Shown: positions 17,163-35,410, counted from the first letter of the stretch. The stretch is 64,000 nucleotides of DNA from the human T2T-CHM13v2.0 reference genome, Homo sapiens (GCF_009914755.1 NC_060929.1), one strand, 5' to 3'. Translations and numbers: made by a program. The notes: generated from the letters alone by a model not told the origin.

Positions 17163-17504
17163 AGCCTAAAACAGGGAGGAAAAACTTGCTCTTGCTCTTG
17201 TGGGCTAGAGAAAAGGGGGCCTGAGTTACATACTGGCAGCTCAATTACACTGTCACTTGTAGCAATGTGGAAGATGGTACATGTGTTCATGAACTGGCTA
17301 AGGACATTTTCATGCAGAGTGCTGAAAATGCCAAGTGGCTTGTAATAGTTGATAACGTACAGAAAGAGATAAACTAAAGAGGGAAATGTTCACCTTTCAA
17401 GCAAATTTTAGAAGAATATAGAGGGCCCAAGACTGTCTGAGTCAGTTAGCAGCGTGTTCTAAAATCAAAATAAAACTTGGAGGCAAAGAACAAATCTAAG
17501 ATTC

Positions 17505-18533
<1,029 letters not shown>

Positions 18534-18919
18534 ATGCCACAAGTAAAACGTGGCCTCTGGTCAACATGAGGCCCTTTGTTAAAATCCCAGAAAGATGTAA
18601 GGAATTGCTTCTCAAACCCTCATGGTTAGTTAGACAAACAGGCTTCTGAAAGAACAAGTGTGTTCTCACACAGCACCCTGACATGCACCCCAGAGAGGGA
18701 GCGTATCTTAAAAAGATTGGTGGAGATGGTTTTTATCTAACACAGTGAATCCCAGTAAAATCCACAGAAAACTCACAATGTTTTTAAGAGAACTGAACTA
18801 ACACAAGCACCACTAGCTTGGACTAAAATGGACAAAGACTGTTCAAAACAAAGCCACTGGGCTCCTAACCATTTACTGGCAGGAAATAGGCTGAGGAAAC
18901 TATTTGGCTGCAAATCAGG

Positions 18920-19182
18920 GTTTTTGTTGTTGAGATAGGGTCTCCTCCGTTGCCCAGGCTGGAGCACAATGGCACAATCACAACTCACTATAACCTCTGC
19001 CTCCCTGGAGTAGCTAGGACTATAGGCACATGCCACCAAGCCCGGCTAATTTTTGTATTTTTTGTAGAGACGGGGTTTCACCATATTGCCCAGGCTGGTC
19101 TTGAACTCCCAGCCTCAAGTGATCCTCCCGCGTCAGCCTCCCAAAATGTTGGGATTACAGGCATGAGCCACCACGCCAGGCC
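18920..19182 (-). mobile_element. AluJ with internal deletion
   Basis: Alu consensus. Confidence 0.9.
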
Positions 19183-19759
19183 CAATCACGCTTTTTCAAA
19201 TAGTAAAGGAAGGCCGACCCAGAAGGTGGAGTTAGGAAGTAAATCAGGTCCAGCTGTGTGTGGATAAGGCTCCACAGGGATGGCTCTGTGGGTGCAGGGA
19301 CCTAAGAACTAAAAAGACAAGTTATCTGCCTCCCACATTCCTTGTACAATGTGAGGAGGAAAAAGATAACTACAATAGAGAATCCCTTTCAAAAAGTAAG
19401 GATGAGTGTATGAAATCTGAATAAGGTTTGCAGTGCAGTTTAAACAGTTCATAGTGTCCAGTGCTTCTGATAGGTCAAGTAAAGTAAGGACGATGGACGT
19501 GGCAACATGGAAGTCACCCATGACTTCGAAAAGCAGTTTTCAATTTAAGTGTGTGAAAGCTTTATTGTGGCGAGTTCAAGTGTGAATGGAAGAGATGGGG
19601 GCAATGATAGAAGCATAGTTTTTGGATCTTCCTGAATTGCTACATAAAAATAGCAACTAGATAGCACAATCAAAAATCAAAAGCTGGGAGAGCTGAAGAC
19701 TATCAGTATCTATGTGGGAAGAAGCAGAGGGAAGAAAAAAAAAAAAGCAAATGATGAAT

Positions 19760-22626
<2,867 letters not shown>

Positions 22627-22734
22627 AGGATCAGCATAGACTCCATGAAACTTGAGAGACCTGATTAACATCTGAAGGCAACATCTCTGCAAAACAACTA
22701 ACTTGAGTACTTTAATTATATATGTATCTAGCAG

Positions 22735-22774
22735 AAGAGAAAAAAACAACACAGTTTTAATTTTAAATTTTATT
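22735..22774 (-). terminator. Distal poly(A) site: AATAAA (22769-22774) plus GU/U-rich downstream element
   Basis: Minus strand reads AATAAA-atttaaaattaaaa-CTGTGTTGTTTTTTTCTCTTCT. Confidence 0.85.
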
Positions 22775-23454
22775 AAAGTACAGAGTTAACAAGTTTTGAG
22801 TTTTTTATATAGGAAAAGCCTAGTCAATTCAGATGCTTTCTAGAAAAATTAACATTAAAAAACAAATAGAAATCCATGACTAAAGGGGGAAAATAACTTT
22901 CAAAAGTTACCAAAATTCGAATCATATCAGAGACCATTATAAATTTCAAACAGTAGATTTACCACACATATTGCATTTTCAAATTCTAATGTAGCAAAAC
23001 GTAACCACATAATTTGGCTACAGCTAATCGTTTCAGAAAAGTTTAAAAAATTAGCAAAGTTATATCTATAAAACTTTTGTAGTTTTCTTTTTGCAAAGTA
23101 AAAAGGCTTAAATCTTTAATAAAGGAAAACAAAACAATCCTCTTAAATTTCTTATAAATAGCTCTCCAGACATATATTACAAATCTGCTGTAAGCTTTCT
23201 TTACCTGAGAGAACTTCCCAGGATCCTTTATCCCAAAGGATTACCTTAAAGAGTTCTTCCATCATTTTACTCATGTGAATATGATTAAACTCCTATAGAA
23301 GTGGATTGGGACATATGCATTCTTAATCTGCCCTTCCCCATTTGTTTCTTTCTGAAAGGATTTTGCTTAAGGAAAAAAAAAGCTCTTTGGTAAAGGCCAA
23401 ATATTTCAACCTTTCAAAATGACTGCCTCTGTGAAAGAGTTGTTGAGAAAGAAG

Positions 23455-23457
<3 letters not shown>

Positions 23458-23486
<29 letters not shown>
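23458..23486. repeat. (GA)n microsatellite, (UC)n in the mRNA 3' UTR
   Basis: Direct reading. Confidence 0.95.
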
Positions 23487-23490
<4 letters not shown>

Positions 23491-23922
23491 TCTAAACATC
23501 TGTGTGAACAGCTCTCCAGTACTGTGAAGTCAAAGGCCCAACATTACAGAGCGCACCTCTGCCTGAAATACAAAACTAAGTTAACTAGCAAGTTACAGGA
23601 AATAGCCTTCAGTAAATTCCACAAGCCAAGTGGCTACTGCATTGTCCCTGAAGAAGGAGGGCCCAGTGTTCTTTCTGGGTGTGTAAGGTCTTACTTAGTT
23701 CAAGGTTTGTCCCTTCTTAGTTGTAGGTTGGGCCCTCTTTCGTTTCCAAGAGGTATAGGACACTAGAGTACACCAAATGAGATACTATTTGGAAAGGCAA
23801 TAAAGGGAGTGTAAAAGCCTAGGTAGCTTAAATACAGGCTCTGGAATTTCCTTCGCAGGAAGGTGAAGCACCAATGATGGCAAAAATTAAATAAATACAT
23901 CATCTTAAAAAGGCAGAGGGTA

Positions 23923-24203
23923 GGCTGCGTGCAGTGGTTTACGCCTATAATCCCAGCACTTTGGGAAGCCAAGGCGGGCACATTGCTTGAGCTCAGGAGT
24001 TTGAGACCAGCCTGGACAACCCCATCTCTACAAAAAAATAAAAATCGGCCAGGTGTGATGGGGCAAACCTGTGGTCTCAGCTACTTGGGAGGTGGTCCTT
24101 GAGCCCAGGAGGTCAAGCCTGCCATGAGTCAAGATCATGTCACTGCACTCCAGCGTGGCTGACAGAGTGAGCCCGTCTCCAAAAAAAAAAAAAAAAAAAA
24201 AAA
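23923..24203 (+). mobile_element. AluJ in the 3' UTR (antisense in mRNA)
   Basis: Alu with A-tail; TSD aaaaggc..agggt. Confidence 0.93.
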
Positions 24204-25930
24204 GGCTTAGGGTGACAATTTTGACATGGGGACGGGAAATTAACATTACACTGAGGTTATTCATAATAAAGGATCTTCTGAGGAATCGGAAATAAACAAT
24301 GTTGTATGGAAACAGAACCCCAAAACCCCAATAACTCCACCCTCCCCACAACCCACCCCCACTCTATCTCCCCTTCAAAGAGGCTCCAAATACCTCTGGC
24401 AAATAATTTCTTTTTCAGACAAAATGAAGAACCTTTTTGCCCAAGAAACTGTGGGCAAAAATAAAACTAACCAATCAGTATTTAAAAAGCTAGACACAGT
24501 AAAGACATGGTTGGGTTTCTGAAGGCTTATAATGGAAATAGTCTCTAGTCTCCAGTCAGGTAACATGCCGCGGTATGACACTCCCATAAGAACCCCCACC
24601 CCCCTGCCACCCACTTAGTGTTTTTACTCATAAAAATGAGGGGAAAACTTTTCTACATCAGACAAATCACACAGAGGAAATATTCACATGCAGCTTTAAA
24701 AAAGTCCTCTTCAACTGTCATCCCTAAATGTGTCTGACCAGCAGCTTCTGGGAATATACTCTTTAGGTCATGTACAAAAAGGTGTAGGAAGCAAATGTCT
24801 ATTATTTTTAAAAGATATCAGTGAGTTAATCAAATTAACACCGTTGTTATAGGAACTCAAAGCCATTGGCACAATGTTTCCAGTTTCTCAAATCACAATT
24901 GCACAAAACTGTAGATTCTTTAAATCCAGGAATGTTGACTCCTCACCTGAGTATTGTATATCACAATTAATAACCATTAACATTAACTCTGCATTGATAG
25001 TCCCTCAATCCTCAGATACATCCACATCTGTTTTGTTCATCCAGATACACGTGCTAACATTTTCAGCTGAGAATAAAATTCAGAGCAACTGTAACTCTTC
25101 CTCTTGCATCAGACCAACCGGCAGAAGGGAACGGGATGTCACAAACCAGACTCACGCATCTGGAAAACGTTGTGTGGCTGGGCTGGCTCCAGAAGGAAGC
25201 GACGAGGGCCTTCTACCGGCCACACTCCCTTGCTTGGGCTTCCCTAAGCTGCTTTCTGCAGAGGAAAGGGCCAATCACGGCCAGCCAAGGAATACAAGGC
25301 CTTGTCAGCTGGACCTTGACTGCGCGTAAGGTCAGTTTCTCAAATCACACCAGCTGGCAGCCAGACCCAGCCGAGAAGACAAAGCAAGGGCTCTGCTAGA
25401 CCTCAGCAGGAGGAAAACAATGAAACTAGTCACAATACTGCCCAGGCTCTTTACCTGCTTCCCCTCAGGGTGTTTCCTAAAGACAATCCCCAAGGCCCTA
25501 GGCCACTGCAACACAGCTACTGTGTGTGACACGCAGCCCCACTCCCTGAGCCCATTCCTGGCCCACGGAACTCCTGTCCCCTAACTGATTCCTCAGGTTA
25601 GAACACGGCTTTTCATTTTGCGACTCCAGATGAATCTTTTAACTGCTGAGTACAGAGCTCCTGCCCTACAAAAGGAAATTTAATGGAATTTACAAAACAA
25701 GGCTCTCTAAACCACACACACAGATGGAGTGCCTTTTGAAACTGAATCTCAAACACTCTAAGTAGGGAAAGTTCTAAAGGAATTCATCCCCTGTAATTTG
25801 TTTCCCCATGGGTTTTCTTGGGAGAAGGGCAAAGGAATGAATAGAAAGAATTTCACTAATTTCACCCACCAGCATTTTGGCACACAGAAGCCCAGCTTAG
25901 GTGGCACTCAATTCTGCCCAACTCATACAG

Positions 25931-25969
25931 TAGGGCACAGAAAAAAATGACTAGGCTGAGCCTTTTATT
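25931..25969 (-). terminator. Candidate proximal poly(A) site in the 3' UTR
   Basis: Minus strand reads AATAAA(25964-25969)-aggctcagcctagt-CA-TTTTTTTCTGTG. Confidence 0.6.
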
Positions 25970-26158
25970 CTTAGATCCTCACTTACAGAGAGCTCGAGAA
26001 GATTCTTTCCACCCCGAATGAAATTCTAACAGGAGTTTCCACCAAGTAAACCTTTTCCCTGCCTGAATACATCAACACTGAAAATAGGCATCATCTTGGG
26101 TAGCTGCCGAAAGTCACGTTTCTGTATTACTTTGCAAGTACGTATTTTGGAAATTCCT

Positions 26159-26357
26159 GTGCAGCGTGATCTCGGCTCACTGCAACCTCCGCCTCCCGGG
26201 TTCAAGTGATTCTCATGCCTCAGCCTCCGAGTAGCTGGCATTACAGGCACACGCTACCATGCCCGGCTAATTTTTCTATTTTTAGTAGAGACAGGGTTTC
26301 ACCATGTTAGCCAGGCTGGTCTTGGAACTCCTGACCTCAAGTGATCCGCCTGCCTCT
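26159..26357 (-). mobile_element. AluS fragment in the 3' UTR (sense in mRNA), lacking both its 5' end and its A-tail
   Basis: Reads gatctcggctcactgcaacctccgcctcccgggttcaag...gtgatccgcctgcctc. Confidence 0.93.
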
Positions 26358-27533
26358 GCCCACCTCTTTTTAAGTATATTCGGCCACTTCCACACATTGC
26401 CTAACAAGCTTCTTCTGGTCAGTGTGTCTGAGATCCTCACCTCAGAAATTCTCACATTAGCAAATCTACTCCAAGGATGCCAGCATGAACCTGAACGGTA
26501 TGGTCACGTTACAGATCCAGAACACAAAACGACTTCCGCTTTTACAGTTTCAAAGGCCTCAAGGTGGAGAAAAAACTGAGGGGCTGACCTCAACAACTGA
26601 AAGAGCAGTGCATGCAGCAGGCTTCAACACGAAGCAGCTTTTCAGTTAAGGTCCTAAAAGTATTATCATTATCAACAGCACAAACAAGTAAGAATGATAG
26701 CCCTCCATTGCTTAGGCAGAGAAAACATGAATCTTGTTCTATAATCATGTGACTAACACCATAAATAAGCGCCGTACTTATTGCAGTAACTCGGATCAGG
26801 TAGTGATAATAAGGTGGGGAACCACCTGGGGGGTGATCAGACAAATTGTGCTTTTTCACATTATTACAAAGATGTGGGACCCAGAAAAGATGAGACCTCG
26901 GGGAAGGGTGCAGGCAGAGAGTGAAGTCTGTGATTCCCAGCATCACAACCTCAAAGGGAAACGTTTAGGGGCCGTGAAGAGGCAGCACTGAGGGTGCAGT
27001 TGAAAAGCAGGTGCCTCCTCTTGGACCCTATAAATACCAGGGGCCCTGCAGGCTGAGTCCTGTCCTCAAAGCCCCCTGGGGACAAGGCTCTAAGAGGCGG
27101 AAGTGAGTGAGAGGGGTCTGGATTCTGTTAGGCGCTGGGGACTCAAGATTTTGGCATGTTTTTCTATTCCGAGGATGAGAATGACTGGCCCCACAAGATA
27201 TTTTTATCCCTGTGAAAAGATGCTGTGCCCCAAATTCTGTTTTGGCAAAAACATGCAGAAGGAAGTCAACATAACTGGTATCCAGTTCCTAGGGGTAAGA
27301 TATTTCAACCATGATCAGTTTGGTTGAAAATTTCAATTCCTTTGGGACAAACTGGTAGTTTCTTTTTGAATTTCAAAAGTAAAAAGCTAATCAGGAGATT
27401 TTTTTTTTTCTCTCTCAAAGCTTTTTCAGACCCACTCAGGCACAGGGCGCCAGTCCCTGCCCCGGGGACACTGTTCAAAAGATGGCACTTTCCAGGCTGT
27501 AGGCCCACAAAGCCCAGGGGACCGCCGATATCA

Positions 27534-27681
27534 TCACACAGAGAACTCCCGGGTGGGGCAGCAGAGGGGAGCGACCAGCGTACACAGGTACAACAGCACG
27601 CATATCCAGCAGGAGGCCATCTTGACCCAGAAGATGGACCAGCTCCCGCTGAAGAAGCTCTCGATGTTGGCACTTTCGTAG
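27534..27681 (-). CDS. SERINC5: SERINC5 exon 12 coding part: (N)[48 protein letters not shown] (TM10); tandem second TGA at 27531-27533
   Basis: Acceptor tttccacag|C. 1 nt + 48 codons + TGA. WVK and LVAP family motifs. Confidence 0.97.
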
Positions 27682-27721
27682 CTGTGGAAACAAGACACCT
27701 AGCCGCGGTCAAAGCAGGAAT

Positions 27722-28406
27722 ATATTGAGATACAATTCACTAATTCACATCCATTTATAATGTATAATTCAACGGCTTTCAATGTATTCATACACAGACT
27801 TGTGCTACCATCAACACTACCCATTTCCAAACATTCTCATCACCCCCAAAAGAAATCATGCACCCCTTAGGTGCTCTCCCCTTCCCCATGGCCCCCTCAG
27901 CCCACCCCCCGCATTCACCAATCTACTTTCTGCCTCTATGAATTTGCCTATTCTGGACAGTTGATATAAAAGGAATCACATGGTCTCTTGTGTGTGGCTT
28001 TTTTGCCTGGCATACAATTTCCAAGGCTCAGCCACGCGGCAGCATGTGTCAGTCCTTCATTCCTTTTTACTGCTAAATAGTATCTTATTGTATGGATAGA
28101 GCACATTTTGTTTAGGCAGTCACCAGCTGATGGTCATTTGGGATGTTTCCCCTTTTTGATTATCACCAATGATGCTTGTATGAACACCGCTGTGTAAGTT
28201 TTGTGGACCTAGTTTTCTTTTTGTCTTAGGTATACGCTCAGGAGTAGTGGAAGAGCTGGATTACATTGTAACTCAATGTTTAATTGTTTAAGGAGATGCC
28301 AAACTCTTTTCCAAAGCAGATTTCACATTCAAACCAGCAATGTAAGAGGGTTCCAATTTCTCCACTTCCTCGACATTTGTTATTATCTGCCTTTTTAATT
28401 ATAGCC
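27722..28406 (-). mobile_element. L1MB-type 3' end abutting the exon 12 acceptor
   Basis: Reads attgagatacaattcac...ctctatgaatttgcctattctggaca...ggttccaatttctccac. Confidence 0.85.
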
Positions 28407-28929
28407 TTCTCCATCTTTTCTTAAGCTTTCCAAGCCAAAAATTCCCAGGAGTTCCCAAAGCATCACTGGGAAGCATTAAAGCTCCCTTCTCCTCTCCTCC
28501 TTCAGGAAGAATCTCTCCAATCACTGTGCTTGAAACCACCACTCCCACCACCCCTACCCCAATTCCCTCTCCTAATTTTATTTTTCTCCCCAATACTCAT
28601 CACCATCTAACACACCATATTTGACTTGCGTCATAGTCTGTCTCTCCTGCTGGACTATAAATCCTGCCTCATAGAACCGTGTGGCACATAGGAGCCACTT
28701 GCACATCTGTTGAATGAATGATAAAAGGAAGCACAATGAGCCTACATGTCTAAGCTTAACTTAGTGGTCAAAAAAATTATGATACAACCAAAGCTGTGGA
28801 CCTGTAGAAAAAGTATGAACCTCTGTGTAGTGCCAGGGAAGGCCAGGTCAATCATGTACTGCCAAGTTAAAAAAAAAAAAGCCTCCAGGGGAAAACATGT
28901 ATAATGACATTTATGTTAAAAAAAAAATT

Positions 28930-29228
28930 AGCTGGACATGGTGGATCATGCCTATAATCTCAGCACTTTGGGAGGCTGAGGCAGGTGGATCACAAGGTCA
29001 GGAGTTCGAGACCAGCCTAGCCAATATGGTGAAACTCCGTCTCTACTAAAAATAATAAAAAAAAAAATTAGCCAGTGTGGTGGCAGCACCTGTAATCCCA
29101 GCTACTCAAAAGGCTGAGGCAGGAGAATCACTTGAACCCAGGGGCGGAGGTTGCAGTGAGCCGAGATTGCGCCACTGCACTCCAGCCTGGGTGACAAAGC
29201 AAGACTCCAACTAAAAACAAAAAAAAAC
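28930..29228 (+). mobile_element. AluS
   Basis: Alu dimer. Confidence 0.93.
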
Positions 29229-29615
29229 TACAGAGGTTTATAAATGCACAGAAAAGGAGAAGGATACACATCCTAGCAGTGGTTATCTGTGTGGGGGAAG
29301 TAGAGGCGGGGGGGTACCACATTGTTACTTTTCATAATTCCACATTTAGTTTGTATTTTAAAAAAAGATGTTTCCAATTTTTGTAATGAAAATGAAGAAA
29401 AATGGGGAAAAAGATACACAAAATTTGAAGTAGAAAAAAAAGGGATATTTTCTCTTTCTGAAAGGCAGATGAATGCTTAGGAGTTCCTATTTTTCCTTCA
29501 TTACCATGTTTTCCAGACTGTCCATATAGAGCTAACTTTCCATTTTCTTAAAGTTGCCATAAGCATCACCAGTTTCCAGGGTTAAAACATACCCATCCAC
29601 TGTTAAAACTCAGAA

Positions 29616-29910
<295 letters not shown>

Positions 29911-29960
29911 TTAACTTTAAGGCTTTGCTTCAAAAATACCTAAGCAAATGGGCCACTCAC

Positions 29961-30777
<817 letters not shown>

Positions 30778-31115
30778 TGAAATGGCCCCAAAATAAGGTG
30801 TCAGGACCTCTTGGTATTTTCCAAATCACTCCTTTTTAAAAAATGTGCTCTCTGATTCTCTAAATCTCACTGTATAATTTAACTTACATTTAAACCAAAA
30901 TTTGGACTGATTCTCTCTACCAGAATACCAACACAAACAAAACTCAGCTATCCTTCAGGAAGAATGTGAAAAGTGTATAAGTAGTAAGTCAGCTTTAGAA
31001 TAAAACTTTCTCCTTACTATTCAAGTTATTTGTGTCTGAATCCCAAATGACTACAGATTAGAGTTATAGGTCTGCAGTGCCACACAGGTGCAAAGAATAA
31101 AAGCGCTCTGCTTAC

Positions 31116-31155
31116 CCTCTCCACCAGGACTGAAGCAAAAACAACAGCGAGCTAT
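31116..31155 (-). CDS. SERINC5: SERINC5 exon 10 (40 nt): IARCCFCFSPGGE(D)
   Basis: Acceptor tttcacag|ATA, donor G|gtaagc. Required to bridge the phases of exons 9 and 11. Confidence 0.95.
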
Positions 31156-31199
31156 CTGTGAAAGCAAAAGCAACAGTCAGGCGGCTTGTGTTCTATTTC

Positions 31200-31645
31200 T
31201 AGTCCACCTCAGCAAGGCAACAGTAACCCTTATTTGAACCACCTCCCAGGCCCTTCAAAAGATGTGGACTGTTCTTTCCCAGGTGTGCTGGGTGTTGGTG
31301 ACAGGAAACCCCATGGAGGGAGATGTGCCACAGAGATCCTCATCCGTGGACTTGGTGCTCGCTCCTGCTACCATGAATGCTGAGAGCAGAGCCTCGAGAC
31401 AGGAGCTCCTTTACCCTTCCTGGGTAACTGCCATGGAATGGCTGATCATGGCAGGGGTAAAGGCCGTGCCTTTATGGCTCCTAGGGTTAGGGAGGCTTTG
31501 TCCAGCTGCACTGTCCTTCAACTTCACCCTCTGCCCAATTTTGCCTCCCCTTCCCCTTCTCCCTCCCACATGTGCTGACTTTTAATAAATATCCCACGCA
31601 ACAAACTGCCTCAGCCTCTGCTTCTGGAGAACTCAATGTGAAACC
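31200..31645 (+). mobile_element. Old ERVL-type LTR (LTR33/LTR16-like)
   Basis: 3' end taataaatatcc...ctcagcctctgcttctggagaac. Confidence 0.45.
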
Positions 31646-32028
31646 CAATGAACGTGACAAGAGCCCCACTCTCCTGGTGCTCCCTTCTCGTGCTTTGCTT
31701 TCAATGTTATTTCATTAAACCCTCTTTGACCTTTGCATTGGGCTTATTATTATCCTGTGTACAGCTGAGGAAACTGAGGTCAGGCAGGTTAACTGGCCAA
31801 AGTCACCAAACTAGCTTAGTGACAGAGCTGGAACAGACGAATGCAGGATGGGGACACCAAGATCCATGATTCACAATAGGTAACACGTGGTATCTAGGAG
31901 CTTGGCGAAGCTGGTAGGATCTGAAATAGTAAAGTGAAGGAATCTGGAAGCAGCCTACCCATGTTTCCTATCAAAATCAAGCTGTTGCACGGGCCGTGGG
32001 CAGGGATGGAGGGAATGCTTGCCTTTGA

Positions 32029-32652
<624 letters not shown>

Positions 32653-33469
32653 TCAACTACAAAGAACAGAGAGCCAAGGATAAGAATATGAGAGCTTGAG
32701 CCTTCATCTCATTTGTGTATCAAGGCCAAGCCCTTGTTTCCCTGCTTGGCAAGGAAACCTTTAACGGAGGTATTAGCCTTAACAGGAGCTTGGATTAAGT
32801 GCCATGGTCTAAAAACCACTAATTCATTCAGTGGGCCCAAGACACGGTATGCTGAGGTCTTAGTTATTTTGAAGTTCAAGTTACCATAAGAAACTATGAA
32901 CTCTCACTTTCAAAGTTGTATCCTGTGAAATGTGACGCAGGAGAGCAAACCAACTTCCATCCCGCATGCTCTCCAGTTCAGAAGGAAACACTCGGACATT
33001 TTCCCTTGGACTGAGAAGAAAAACATCCTCTCTTAAATCTAACTTGGAGACTTGCTGTTCTTTGAGCTTGAACTCTGTACACAATAGGGACATTGAAACC
33101 ATAACCATGCAACCTCAGCAGGTGGTCACCTAGTCAATGGTGAGAATAAACACCCCTTCTACAGACCATTCTCTTCTCTATAATAGGCAGTAACCTATTC
33201 AAACTCAGCACAATTTTCTCCTTTAGGCAACAGAAAGAGTTGGTGAATGATGTTGGCAGATTGACAGCCCTTCATAATGGCTCACTATATCCAGGTCAGG
33301 TGCAAGAGAGACCAACCCCAGACACCCAGCTGCAGAGTAAAATGCCCATATCTAGACAGACACCAGGGCTTTTCCATCCACGGAAAGCTATTAAAACGCA
33401 GGCAGTGGCCAGAAACCAGCTGCCCGCAGTCAGCAGCAAGGACCAGGGTTCAGCAGCTCAGCTCCTGGG

Positions 33470-33685
33470 CAGCAGTGGTCAAGAACACAGATCCTGGGGC
33501 CAGAGTACACGGTTTATATTCTGGCAAATCAAAACCTGTGAGGCTTAAATGACTTAACTCTTCTGGTTTTCCCCTCTGTAAAATGGAGGTAATAGCACGT
33601 CACTGGGTTTTTATGAGGATTAAGTGAAATCACATAGGAAGAACTTAGAACAGTGCCTGGGACATAGCAAGTGCTGTAAGTCTTA
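33470..33685 (+). mobile_element. MIR
   Basis: Reads gacttaactc...ctgtaaaatggagg...gaggattaagtga...cttagaacagtgcctgg. Confidence 0.75.
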
Positions 33686-34272
33686 GCCATCTTTGGAACC
33701 CCTGGTTCTTTTCGTTCTTGGGTCACAGCTGAGTCCTTCCCTGGCTGCCTCCATCTGATTAGACCTTGCTGTTGTTGGTAGATGAGAGCCCCAGAAAGAC
33801 TCTTGCACAATTAAGAAAATAACAGACATTTTGTTGACTGATAGGCATCTGCTGAACACCTTGAGGCTTTGGATGTGCAGGCAACCAATGTATGTATTGT
33901 CCATAACACTCTACCTGACAAAACGCCCACCTGATGGAACTGACAAATGAGTTAATGTATCTACAACGTTCAACAGCGTCAGGCAGAGCAGATATGGTTC
34001 CTTCCCTTTCCTCTCTCCTTTCTTCCAAACAGCTATTACATAATCTCACAGCCACGCTGTGTATGGAGGGCACAGACAAGTATGAAACAGGTGGGTGGAT
34101 CAGAAGTTAAAATAAAACCCACCAAGACTCCACTACGGCAAGGGAAGAGCGCAGGGTGCAGCCTGACAAGGTTACCTGAGCCTCTGGTTGGGGGTGAGCG
34201 GCAGGATGCCACCCAAGAGGCCAGCTTTCTTACAGAAAATCAAGAATGGACTGATTCATTTTAATCCCATAG

Positions 34273-34716
<444 letters not shown>

Positions 34717-34753
34717 TGAGATGAAGCAGGACAGGAAAAGGAAATGAACTTAC

Positions 34754-34820
34754 CTCCAATTCAGGAGCTGCGTATCGCCCCTGCAGAGCGTCAGAACTCG
34801 ATCTTGTTGTTGATGTCAAA
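34754..34820 (-). CDS. SERINC5: SERINC5 exon 9 (67 nt): (C)LTSTTRSSSDALQGRYAAPELE, first part of intracellular loop 4
   Basis: Acceptor tttcttag|T, donor GAG|gtaagt. Matches the start of ORF 34613..34819. Confidence 0.96.
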
Positions 34821-35410
34821 CTAAGAAACAGACAAAAACGTCAGCTGGGCATATTAACACATTACAACACATGGAATGAAGGGGAAAGCCGGCTGGCCAG
34901 TGCTCCGACGAGAGCCTCAATGTAACCTACCGTTCAGGAGACTTAAATCAAAGCAATCTATTTTAATACCTCTCCTTATTCCAAAATTGGCTGGCTTATT
35001 CTATAGTTGATATCATTTTACATGGATTGCATTAGATCATTTTATGCAAAGAAGGTTGTAGGTAGAGAAGTAAGATATCTTGGTTTTCAGTATTGCTTTT
35101 TGCCTCTCCTCCCTCAAATGCTACAATAGTTTTCTAATTTCAGTTTATCTTTCCCTCCCTTTGACTAGTCTTGCTTAGAGGGAATCAAAAGCAACGAGCC
35201 CAGAGATGGCAACAGAAAGCAAGGGCATGAAAGCAAAAGTCGCAGTTATTTACTGTGATAGCCTATAGTAGAACAAGGCTTGCTGTTTGGAAGAGTAGCA
35301 GTCGAGGTAATAAAAAATTCTGCCACTTCCCTGAGACCTAGAAAGGTAAAATGTTAGACAAATTGCCTTGCATGGGGCAAAATAATTTATTTTTCCTGAA
35401 AACAAAAACA

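Larger units (their letters stand above)
22752..27533 (-). other. SERINC5: SERINC5 3' UTR (~4.8 kb)
   Basis: Repeat-poor sequence from the stop codon to the distal AATAAA, with an AU-rich distal end. Dense repeats resume below ~22630. Confidence 0.85.

Noticed and set aside
24874-25399. 151-aa and 87-aa + strand ORFs
   Set aside because: Antisense to the 3' UTR, with no recognisable domain or splice context; consistent with chance.
27531-27536. Stop-codon readthrough or selenocysteine at TGA
   Set aside because: The stop is doubled (TGA TGA), there is no readthrough context, and I cannot identify a SECIS element.
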